Below, one piece after another: positions 19,451 to 28,295 of a stretch of DNA of 64,000 nucleotides (its first letter is position 1; each line of letters starts with the position of its first letter). Source of the stretch: Candidatus Thorarchaeota archaeon (lineage in GTDB: Archaea; Asgardarchaeota; Thorarchaeia; Thorarchaeales; Thorarchaeaceae). Both the position numbers and the translations under genes were made by a program. The notes below the pieces were generated by a model. That model had not been told where the DNA came from. It searched no databases and saw only the letters and a program-made list of their open reading frames with translations. Location of the stretch: assembly GCA_046758445.1 (NCBI GenBank), contig JBHIAE010000008.1, positions 15,806 to 79,805 on the forward strand, given 5' to 3'.

Positions 19451-20689
19451 CTAGAGCACCGCCTGACCTAATCCAGGTAACCACTCTTCTTGACAATGCC
19501 ACCGTGCATATCTCAACAGATCCTCTACATCTGCTTCTGCGAGGTTTTTCGACATGTTATCGACAAGATTCTGAAGCATGTAATCTAGGGCAGCAGCCAT
19601 GGAATCAAGATCTTTCGGAGTCGTAGTTTCTTCGAGAGCGCACTGAACTGAAACGCCATCAAGTATTCTTACTCTGGACAACCATGGATGATTCGGTATT
19701 CCGTTTGACGATATCTCGCGGATGACGTTCTGAACATTCTCGGCACCCAACAGTTCAGCACATGCATCTGCGAAGCTGTTCAAGATGCACTCATTGACAA
19801 GCACACTTTCTCGCTCAATCGATATCTTGTGAATGTGGCCGGATAGCAACAGATCACCCAGCTCATTTAGAACTGTTTCTTTCTTGCTCTCCTTCAATCC
19901 CTCATAGAAGGGCTCCAAAGGACTCCGCCCATCCAGACTGCCGACTACACCGATAGTCATGGCTGACACCCCCAAGGGATTAGAGCTGTCCAAGATGGTG
20001 CTGAGGGCCCTATCAGAGATTTCTAGAATATCTCGTTCTGAAGGGATGTATTTTATGTGGACTGCATTATGCCAGTAGGCAACTGAAACAGTATCACGAG
20101 TATCTTTGATAGATAGAGAGTGCTTTGCAGCGAGCTCAGACACAGCCATAGAGCCCTTCAATTCCTGAATGAGCTGGTTCACCATGGGGTAGGTTTTCGG
20201 AATCTCAAAGCGTTCAAGGGAGTCCTTCCACTCGGCTCTCCTCTTAACAATGGACTGTGGGGCGACTCTGTCTGCCACGAAGACCTTCATTACGAACTCG
20301 TCGAACTCAGTGAAAAGCCTCCCGTTGATCCCATCTGAGTCTTTGAGAACATCAAAGCTATCCTTGAATTCTCTAACGACTCTTCGCAGCCGGCTTCGAA
20401 GCTCTGTGGTTTCTCTGGAAACAGCGAGAACACCGACAACCCAGTCGTACAACTCAACCACAAAGGTCGTGTCTGAACCATAGACGGTCTTCCATCCCGT
20501 TTCTTCTGAACCGACGAACTCAGCAAGAAAGCTCCCCATGGCTGTTACGAATCCCGAGAGAAGTTGGGGGTCTACACCGCCAAAGATAAACTCGTGAGAG
20601 TAAGGCGCTAGGCCAGTGTGCTTGTTCAGAAGGAATAACACCTTCTCATTTGAGCTGAATTGGACAGTAGATGGCCCCGCCAACAGCAA
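19451..20689 (-). CDS. Longin-like domain + tandem winged-helix protein
   Basis: N-terminal GLAPYSHEF..DPQLLSGFVTAMGSFLAEF longin pattern; LKGSMAVSELA and LDGRSPL winged-helix segments. Confidence 0.7.
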   Translation of the reverse strand: MLLAGPSTVQFSSNEKVLFLLNKHTGLAPYSHEFIFGGVDPQLLSGFVTAMGSFLAEFVGSEETGWKTVYGSDTTFVVELYDWVVGVLAVSRETTELRSRLRRVVREFKDSFDVLKDSDGINGRLFTEFDEFVMKVFVADRVAPQSIVKRRAEWKDSLERFEIPKTYPMVNQLIQELKGSMAVSELAAKHSLSIKDTRDTVSVAYWHNAVHIKYIPSERDILEISDRALSTILDSSNPLGVSAMTIGVVGSLDGRSPLEPFYEGLKESKKETVLNELGDLLLSGHIHKISIERESVLVNECILNSFADACAELLGAENVQNVIREISSNGIPNHPWLSRVRILDGVSVQCALEETTTPKDLDSMAAALDYMLQNLVDNMSKNLAEADVEDLLRYARWHCQEEWLPGLGQAVL

Positions 20690-21122
20690 TTCCTCGCAAA
20701 CCTATCTTGCTTCTTGTACGTTTCTTCATGAGAGGCTAGCACATACTCACTCGGACAATGACAGTTGATAGCAGATGTCCGTAGTATTGTCCACGCTAGC
20801 TCTGGGCTCCGTAAGTAGAGATTTCATTCTCGCCTCACATCGCTAATACCTGGTAGTCGCATTAGTCCCATCTTTATGGATTGACAGACTTCTATATCAC
20901 TGTTCTCTTGATTCCACGAATTCTAAGCATTTCCAACGAGCAAAGGACGCGCAGACTGCATCTCAGATCAGGCCTAGCGATTTTGCATTGGGTCAGAGAT
21001 TCTCATACCAAATGCCCTTTGGCTAGAATCCCGCTGATCTAGGTTAAAGGCCTAAGATCTGGCTTCAGATGAGGTCTACGATGGTCTACACGCTATCTTC
21101 ACTTGGGTCAGTGGGGGTTTCG

Positions 21123-23318
21123 TCACGAAACAGCATAGCTTTCCTGGAGCTGCGCGGCACCAAGAGGAGAAGTATAGATACGACGTGCTCTGAATGGCAT
21201 GAATGGTATGCCTCCAGCGTGGAAGAACTTCGAGAACCACTCAACGTATGTTAATCTCAAGGTGTGCATGAAGGCAAGCAGCCCTTCAAGGATACCAACA
21301 ATGAAGGTGCCAATGATTGCTCCCAATAGGGGCAAATGTGCATAAGTTGGTGCCATCGGGTCGTGTGAGTGAATCTCATGCGGGATGAACTCGATTCCGA
21401 ATAAGTTGAGTTCAGGGAACGGAATATAGGAAATTGCCGGGATTAGTGTGAAGAAGACACCACTCAAGATGACATGGACTGTATTCAGTGCAAAGATACG
21501 GGCATAGCTGACAGTGTGGCTGATCATACCTATTCCGTACTCAAGGAATAGTACAACACCATCCATTCCACCTTTGAACGAAGCCAGGGCCATTATCACA
21601 AGTGGAACGATGAATGTAGTCAGCGAAAACAATAGAGGACTGACTGGAATCGCGGGATAAATGCCATTATTGCCAGTGCCGTATCCAATCCCAGCAATGG
21701 GGACCCACAAGTTCACCTGGCCAGTTGGATTGAACCATTCATTGACACTGCTGTAGCTGACACCAAAGAGTAGATTGATGAAGCCATAGTACAGGATTAA
21801 GTACGAAACCCCTACGACCGTATCACGTCGCTCATGGTGTTTGATCTTGTTGTATATGTTCAAAAGTATACCCAATATGATGTGGATGGCACCAATCTCG
21901 ATTGACAACTTCAGCATGTGAGCTGCTCTGTATGGATTCGCAATCATGTGCCCATGACCGTCATCAATGTAGTGTGCAAACGTCGGCCACAAGGGTTCAA
22001 AGATGGTTTCAGCGCCGAAAAAGCTGCCAAATAGAAACCCACCTAATATGGCGAACAGCCCCATCATTATGAGGCCCTCTGCTCCCGCCTGAACATACCC
22101 CATTATCTGGCCCCAGTCGTGACCCTTCCTATTCGCGCGCCGAGCTGCCAAGCCTATCAATAGTATCAAGAAGCCTTGTCCGATATCAGCGAACACGAAT
22201 CCGAATATCAGAGGAAATGCAAGAAACACTATCTTCGTTGGGTCTAGGTCGTGCCTTGAAGGCGTCCCAAAAGCACTCACGATACCCTCAGTAGGCTTCA
22301 TGAAAGACGGATTATCCAGGTATGTGGGCGCTTCGTATTCTGCAAAGTCAGGATGTTCGAATCTGATGTCAACAACTGCGCCGGTCTTCTCCTGCAATTT
22401 GTACTCAAACTCTTCCTCTGTCCCTTCTGGTATCCATCCCCACGCCTTGACTGACTGCTCCGTATAGACAAGGAACTTCTTCATCTCGATACGCTGCTTC
22501 TCAATCTCAACAATCTCCCATGCGGCGAGCACTCTGGGACCCCACTCTTTGGCGATAGCTGACTTTCGGACCTCAAGCCGTGAGGCTTCCTCCTCCAGCT
22601 CGGCAACTCTCTTCTCCGCCGCCTCTGCAACAGCCTCCGGCCTTCCCTCGGCTTCTTCGGGCATGGTGAACGCCTCAAACTCCATTGCGGACAGGATACG
22701 TTCGACAGCGTCACGTCTCTCTATGGGCACGCTAGCACTTGCTACAGATACTCCCCTCTTCATCGGGATATGCTTGAACGCGTATGCTCCTTCCGTGACC
22801 TCCTTCAGACTCCACTCCAGTTGTGAAACTCTTCCTGCTGGCACAACTCCTGCCACTGTGAAGGTATACTTGGTGGCACCAATGCGGCTCGGGTCTAGGC
22901 CCAGTGGTTTCAGGGAAATTGCAACGTCTCTAATCGCTCTCTGCTTGTTTAGCTCCAGTTGCGTCACGGAAGTTTCAGAATCAATCTCCAAGACCTCTGG
23001 CTCCACCGAACCGATGACTTCGGTTATGTGTGCAAGAGACCTCGAAACCTCGCTATCGTCGACTTCTACTCTGATACCTGTTCCTCGTCCAGGCTCTAGG
23101 CCCAAGGAGTCAACGACCTTTGCCAACCGATCAGACGCGACAAATACGGTTTCTTCATCTTGAAATCGCTTGACTTCAACTATGGAAGCTTGGCGTGTCA
23201 CGTCAATGAATTCAAATCGCCCAAACTCCTCAAGAGCGAGCAAGACCTCTCTCTCGTAGTCTCGATGTGACACTACTCTAGCGACGACCATCTCTGTGGG
23301 GCTTATTCGAGGGCCCAT
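21123..23318 (-). CDS. atpI: A/V-type ATP synthase subunit I (a)
   Basis: APTYLDNP, FADIGQG, GFLFGSFFG, SHTVSYARIFAL (essential Arg), HTLRLTYVEWFSKFF. Confidence 0.95.
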   Translation of the reverse strand: MGPRISPTEMVVARVVSHRDYEREVLLALEEFGRFEFIDVTRQASIVEVKRFQDEETVFVASDRLAKVVDSLGLEPGRGTGIRVEVDDSEVSRSLAHITEVIGSVEPEVLEIDSETSVTQLELNKQRAIRDVAISLKPLGLDPSRIGATKYTFTVAGVVPAGRVSQLEWSLKEVTEGAYAFKHIPMKRGVSVASASVPIERRDAVERILSAMEFEAFTMPEEAEGRPEAVAEAAEKRVAELEEEASRLEVRKSAIAKEWGPRVLAAWEIVEIEKQRIEMKKFLVYTEQSVKAWGWIPEGTEEEFEYKLQEKTGAVVDIRFEHPDFAEYEAPTYLDNPSFMKPTEGIVSAFGTPSRHDLDPTKIVFLAFPLIFGFVFADIGQGFLILLIGLAARRANRKGHDWGQIMGYVQAGAEGLIMMGLFAILGGFLFGSFFGAETIFEPLWPTFAHYIDDGHGHMIANPYRAAHMLKLSIEIGAIHIILGILLNIYNKIKHHERRDTVVGVSYLILYYGFINLLFGVSYSSVNEWFNPTGQVNLWVPIAGIGYGTGNNGIYPAIPVSPLLFSLTTFIVPLVIMALASFKGGMDGVVLFLEYGIGMISHTVSYARIFALNTVHVILSGVFFTLIPAISYIPFPELNLFGIEFIPHEIHSHDPMAPTYAHLPLLGAIIGTFIVGILEGLLAFMHTLRLTYVEWFSKFFHAGGIPFMPFRARRIYTSPLGAAQLQESYAVS

Positions 23319-23511
23319 GAAGCTTCACCTTTGGAATAGAGCAGGGCTGACTCGCATGGAGAAAAGCCCGTTGGATTGGGCCAAGGGATGCCAAAGATAA
23401 ACATTGTGAAATGAGTTCGTGTCCAGCTCATTCCATCGAGTGCAAAGGTGAATGTTTAAGAAGGGCATGGATTTGCCTTGGACAGCCTGCGATACTCAGA
23501 GGTTTACAGCG

Positions 23512-23835
23512 ATGTGTGCGGCTCTAGACGAGATCGATCAGATACATGAAGCTGAGGAAGCTGCGAAGAAACGAATTGCAGATGCAGAAGACATGGCGAA
23601 ACAGATCAAGGAAGACGCTGAGAAAGAGGCCAAGAGAATAAAAGACAAGGCTGAGAAAGAGGCCAGAATGGCTGCACAACGCTCAAAGGACGGTCTGAAC
23701 GAGAAACGGACGAAGATAGAATCCAAGATCTTGAAAGACGCCGAGAAGACTGTGAAGGAGATAGAGGAATCAGCCCGCGGTGAAGTGAAAAAGGCAGTCA
23801 AGATTGCGTACAGGATGATAGCAGGGGAGGAGTGA
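23512..23835 (+). CDS. atpH: A/V-type ATP synthase subunit H (G)
   Basis: IHEAEEAAKKRIADAE coiled coil; directly precedes subunit E. Confidence 0.8.
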   Translation: MCAALDEIDQIHEAEEAAKKRIADAEDMAKQIKEDAEKEAKRIKDKAEKEARMAAQRSKDGLNEKRTKIESKILKDAEKTVKEIEESARGEVKKAVKIAYRMIAGEE

Positions 23836-23839
23836 CATT

Positions 23840-24466
23840 ATGGAGGGAGTTTCCAACATCATTGAGATAATCGAGAAGAAGACGAGTACTGAAACAGAAC
23901 GGATCAAGGCCGAGGCTGAGGAGTTTAGGGCAGAGCGCCTGGAAACAGCTAAGGAACGGGCTAAAGCAATTGAAGATGAGATAGCAGGCAAGGCACAACG
24001 CGAGGCAGACGCCGAAGTAGCAAGGTACGAGGCGAGTGCAAAGCTGAAGGCAAAGTATCGAATTCTGGAGAGCAAAGAAGCGCTGATGAAAGAAGTCCTT
24101 GACGCGGCATGGGATGAAATCACGAAGAGCGTCCTGGACAAATCCTATGACAAGACGGTCACAAGACTGGCAGTAGACGGTGGAGTATCACTTGAAGAGG
24201 ATAACATTGAGCTTGTCCTCCCGGAGGGTCATAAGTTCAAACTTGACACGGCCGCAATTGCAGGTGCGATCTCTAAGGCGACTGGAGTGAAGACGTCGGT
24301 CAGTATCTCAAAGGATGTAACAAGGGCTACTGGTGGCGTGATAGTTAGATCCAAGGATGGTACAAAGTGGGTCGACAATACATTTGAGGCCAGACTAGAA
24401 CGACTTGAAGCAAAGATACGCGACCAAGTTTCTTCAACCTTGTTTGGTACAGATAGTTCCGAGTAG
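23840..24466 (+). CDS. atpE: A/V-type ATP synthase subunit E
   Basis: N-terminal coiled coil; GGVIVRSKDG..VDNTFEARL. Confidence 0.93.
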   Translation: MEGVSNIIEIIEKKTSTETERIKAEAEEFRAERLETAKERAKAIEDEIAGKAQREADAEVARYEASAKLKAKYRILESKEALMKEVLDAAWDEITKSVLDKSYDKTVTRLAVDGGVSLEEDNIELVLPEGHKFKLDTAAIAGAISKATGVKTSVSISKDVTRATGGVIVRSKDGTKWVDNTFEARLERLEAKIRDQVSSTLFGTDSSE

Positions 24467-24513
24467 AGAGAACGGGAGAATCCCGTCCATTCTCCACTTC
24501 AAATGTGGAGATT

Positions 24514-24924
24514 TCAGCCAATCAGGCTTGGAACATATCCGATTAGCAGGAATGCAATGACGAAACCGTAGATGGCAACAGCCTCAATGAACACGACATA
24601 GAGAATACTCTTGCCGAAAGTCTCTGGTTTCTCGGTGATCGCCCCGAGTGCCGCAGCAGATGCCGTACCCATGCCCAAGGATGCCCCGATACCTGCAAGG
24701 CCTATGGCAAGGCCTGCACCGATGGCAAGGCCGAGTATAGCCATACCGTTGCCTTCTGTCACTTGCAACGGAGCAAAACCACCATTAGAAATCGTACCAA
24801 GTGCTCTCACAGTTGCGGGAATGTTGAACAGTACAACAAGAAACACCAGTGCACCCATTATGAGCATGAAAAGACTGCTTGTCCTCGTGTCTATCTTCAC
24901 TGAATAATGTCCTCCAATTACCAA
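24514..24924 (-). CDS. atpK: A/V-type ATP synthase proteolipid subunit K (c), single hairpin with extra N-terminal hydrophobic segment
   Basis: GLAIGLAGIGA, EKPETFG, FIEAVAIYG with the ion-binding Glu. Confidence 0.92.
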   Translation of the reverse strand: MVIGGHYSVKIDTRTSSLFMLIMGALVFLVVLFNIPATVRALGTISNGGFAPLQVTEGNGMAILGLAIGAGLAIGLAGIGASLGMGTASAAALGAITEKPETFGKSILYVVFIEAVAIYGFVIAFLLIGYVPSLIG

Positions 24925-25356
24925 ATTGATATCATTCGTCTGATGTCTTTTGGGAGAATATCCCCTTTCTAAAGGTTACTGATTGACCCCGGCAGAAACA
25001 CCCACTGAACGCCATTCACCGCGAACAAGTACGTCAGCATGTGGTGATTCGGGACTGTGATAAGAAACTGTCAGACAGAAACGGCGTCAGTCCGTAGGTC
25101 GATTCGAGAACTTCGGACGCCGTAGTGAGTTCCTGCCGGTCTTCGCTTCTTTCCAGAGTGGAGCTCCTCGGTGTCCAAGGCGGCCAGGTGAAGTAATACC
25201 TAACAGTCTTTACATGACTCACTGCTCTGTCAAGAAATGGCATACATGATATCCGTCTTCGCACGAAAACCTCTCATTGTCACTCGAACAAGGCCGCACC
25301 AAACTCAGGTCTAGTGACTTTCAATTCTATTCAAGTCTCATACAGCGTTTCGAAAC

Positions 25357-26421
25357 CTACCAGATCGTAATCATTCTCCTGATATTCTCAGGCGACTCCC
25401 CTCTCTCAAGTCCCACCGCAATGGACCGGATATTGCGAATCTCGTAATACTTGAGACTGAAGAAGCCCAAGACGGTTCCAATGTGGAAAGGGAACGCCGT
25501 GAGCTGGAGCATTACCCTCTTAGCGATGTAGTCCTCGATGACCAGCTCGACCTCTGAGAGATCATTAGTTTCCTCATACAGTCTAGCCAGTCTCCCCGCG
25601 AGTTGAGCATACCTAGTTGTTCCAAGTCGGTTCATGACCTCGCGCCAGTTTGCTCCAAGCTGAATGGACTCTAGTATTGACTCGGACTTGCGAGTGAAAC
25701 GGACGAGAGATAGCTCGACCACTTTTGCCTCTAGCTGTAGAGCCAGTGCACGAATCATGGTGAGCATGTTCCTCAGGTCTACTCTTGCCTCCAGCACATC
25801 CAGAACCCGGAGCTGATCATCCTTGGAGAAGTCCTCCAAAGCATCCAACACTGTTCGAAGATACCACTCTTCAACAGCCACCTCAAGAGGCGCAGTTGAC
25901 TCAAACTCCTCGTATGCGGGGAACCTTGTTAGCAGAGCAATCTTCACTTCCCAGTAGGGCATGATGTCGATTACCTTTCTAACGGAGCCGGCGTCAACTA
26001 GGCGTTCGAACTCGCTGGCCTGTTCTGGAGATGTTGGTACGAGAAACCTTAGCACCTCTTCTCTATCGAGCTCAACATGAAGCCCTCGGATAATGGACTT
26101 GATGCTGTCCGCTAGGAACATGTTCATGTATGTTTCAGTGAAGTTTCGGACCTTTCCTGAGAGGGTCCTGATTAGCCTGTAGCTGACGTCTGCAAAGTCA
26201 TTTGAGAGAGCAAGCCCCAATTCTGCAGGCTCTGGAACCGTCTGCGTGAACTGGCTCGAGATTATTGGACCGTAGTAGGTACTACCGAGTCCTCGTATGA
26301 AGTCTTCATAGGTGGCGGACTGCAGAAGTCTTTCGTAATCGCCGACTGTCAGGAATCGGGACTTCAGGCCTCGAATTCGTGCATTTATGTAGCCGTATTC
26401 ATTGGCAGCCCGTGAGGACAT
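25357..26421 (-). CDS. atpC: A/V-type ATP synthase subunit C (d)
   Basis: YGYINARIRGLKSRFL, DLRNMLTMIRA, KYYEIRNIRSI; start set at MSSRAANEY. Confidence 0.93.
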   Translation of the reverse strand: MSSRAANEYGYINARIRGLKSRFLTVGDYERLLQSATYEDFIRGLGSTYYGPIISSQFTQTVPEPAELGLALSNDFADVSYRLIRTLSGKVRNFTETYMNMFLADSIKSIIRGLHVELDREEVLRFLVPTSPEQASEFERLVDAGSVRKVIDIMPYWEVKIALLTRFPAYEEFESTAPLEVAVEEWYLRTVLDALEDFSKDDQLRVLDVLEARVDLRNMLTMIRALALQLEAKVVELSLVRFTRKSESILESIQLGANWREVMNRLGTTRYAQLAGRLARLYEETNDLSEVELVIEDYIAKRVMLQLTAFPFHIGTVLGFFSLKYYEIRNIRSIAVGLERGESPENIRRMITIW

Positions 26422-26722
26422 CTTGAAACACCTTGATCTCCCATCTGCGGGGATTACGAGTTGTCTATGCAGTCGACATAAAAGGTTGACGAAGGGGAGA
26501 ACGCACCGATAATGAACGGATGTGCTCATTTGGGTGCCTAGTCACTCTCCTCTTGGGTTAGTCATGTTATGAAACCAACGATTCATAGGATTTGCCAGAT
26601 TGCAGAGAGCGAGCTCGGGAACTGCCGTGACTTGTCGGCAAATCACTCAGAGTAGCGGTGTCTGGCATGACCTTGGGAAGGTTCGAATTCAAGGGGTGGC
26701 CTAGACATCGAGATGTACGTAC

Positions 26723-27403
26723 TCAGTGTCGTTTCTTTCTGGGTCCCAAGTAGTTAGCAAGGGACAGTACAAAACTCTCCGTAGGCTCCATGGCCTCGGG
26801 AACAAGCTTCACAGAAACAAACACATGCGGCTCCCGATGAGCAATTGAGAGCCGAGTGAGATACGGCCTGACAGCTTCAGCGTCAATCCTGAATTGAGGA
26901 CTACGGAAGAGATTCTCACTGGCCTCATGGTCAGACGCGACGACGTAGAACTGCTCAGTCAGATTCTCAATCTCTAGTTCACGAACACTTTCGGAGCGGT
27001 CCTTCAATGCTTCCTCAAGACGGTGTTGTTCCCTACGAGTGGCGAGTTCGAGGCCGAATGTTGGAGGTCTTCTGAGATTTGCTCTTATTTGGAGTTGATC
27101 AGTTCGGCCTCGAGCCCTGCAGTAGATCATATGGAACATGTTGGAACGGTCGAGCAATAAGACGGAAGTTTCAAGTTTCGAGAAAGGACCACTTGATTTC
27201 TGATGAAAGGAGAATTTGGCTCCTGTATTACCAAGAAGTCTGACGCTGACCTTTGATGTAGTTGCTTGAAACCGAGTAGCGACATTCTGTGCGACCTTAT
27301 TGCGAAGTTTTGATGTGACCATGCGACCTATCATCCAAGTCCCGACTACAAAGATTGCCAAACCAGCTAGGAGAATATACCCAGTTTCAGAGATGTCCTG
27401 CAT
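26723..27403 (-). CDS. Single-TM protein resembling CCDC47/DUF1682
   Basis: N-terminal TM ending WMIGR..SKL; LLLDRSNMFHMI...RTDQLQIRANL; recalled similarity. Confidence 0.55.
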   Translation of the reverse strand: MQDISETGYILLAGLAIFVVGTWMIGRMVTSKLRNKVAQNVATRFQATTSKVSVRLLGNTGAKFSFHQKSSGPFSKLETSVLLLDRSNMFHMIYCRARGRTDQLQIRANLRRPPTFGLELATRREQHRLEEALKDRSESVRELEIENLTEQFYVVASDHEASENLFRSPQFRIDAEAVRPYLTRLSIAHREPHVFVSVKLVPEAMEPTESFVLSLANYLGPRKKRH

Positions 27404-27529
27404 TACCTTCGACTCCCATTAGTGGTACATTGAACAGGCTGTTTCTTGTACAATATCCCCCCTTAAGGATATCCCAGAAGCACAAGCGATATAACCCCGA
27501 CGTGCGGTGAAGTCTGTGATGGAAGCATC

Positions 27530-28147
27530 ATGACGACTGACAGGCAGGTTGACGCTACACGTGAGATCTGCATCGAAGCATGGAACATGCTTTTTGGACG
27601 CGCAGTGTTTGCCTACATCTCACTGCCTGCAGCATGGGTAACAGGATATCAGATCAATGACCCCTTGGTCACCAATCGATTCCTCTACAAGAACCTCGTA
27701 TGGGTTGGCTCAGGTGAGATTGAATGCCTCATCTCACGTGGGCATGGAATGGAGAAACGCCCCAATCTTGACTTCAGGTTTAAGGTGGTCGTAGACCTAC
27801 AGAAAGACGCTCTTGTTGCACCCAGTCCTGAGGACCTTCTCAATCGGCACGACGAGAAAGGCCACGAAGTACTAGAGCATGGGGAGCTGCATACGGGCGG
27901 CCATAGCGGAAGCTATGTGCTTTGGGCTTCATCCCGACCCCGCTTCGGAGTCTTTGGACGACCTCGTCTCAAAGCGCAGCTTTACGGCTATATACCGTGT
28001 GACGAAACATCTCGGCTCGTAAAGGTTGTCTGGACCTCTCCATCTCCTAAGCTGATTCTCGAGCACTCAGGCGAGCTAATCACTTCGCTGACCTCCATGC
28101 TATGTCATGGACGCGAGATGCAACCTCACGAAGATGCCCTTCTCTAG
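27530..28147 (+). CDS. Hypothetical protein upstream of cstA
   Basis: 205-aa ORF, TATA-like GATATAA upstream; no family recognised. Confidence 0.65.
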   Translation: MTTDRQVDATREICIEAWNMLFGRAVFAYISLPAAWVTGYQINDPLVTNRFLYKNLVWVGSGEIECLISRGHGMEKRPNLDFRFKVVVDLQKDALVAPSPEDLLNRHDEKGHEVLEHGELHTGGHSGSYVLWASSRPRFGVFGRPRLKAQLYGYIPCDETSRLVKVVWTSPSPKLILEHSGELITSLTSMLCHGREMQPHEDALL

Positions 28148-28295
28148 TCGTGAACGTTACTGCCAACGATTCTCTCAGCTACACTCGCACACAATGGCCA
28201 AGATTAAGGAAGATTCACCGGTACATTTAAGGTGAGGAAGGGGCATAATCTACGTTATCTGAAACCGAGATTCCGAGGTTCTTGGAATCTCGGCT

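Noticed and set aside
25034-25264. 76-aa ORF as missing ATP synthase subunit F
   Set aside because: No subunit F motifs in this or the other frames examined
26650-26705. GGTTCGAAT resembling a tRNA T-loop
   Set aside because: Flanks do not form a T-stem or cloverleaf
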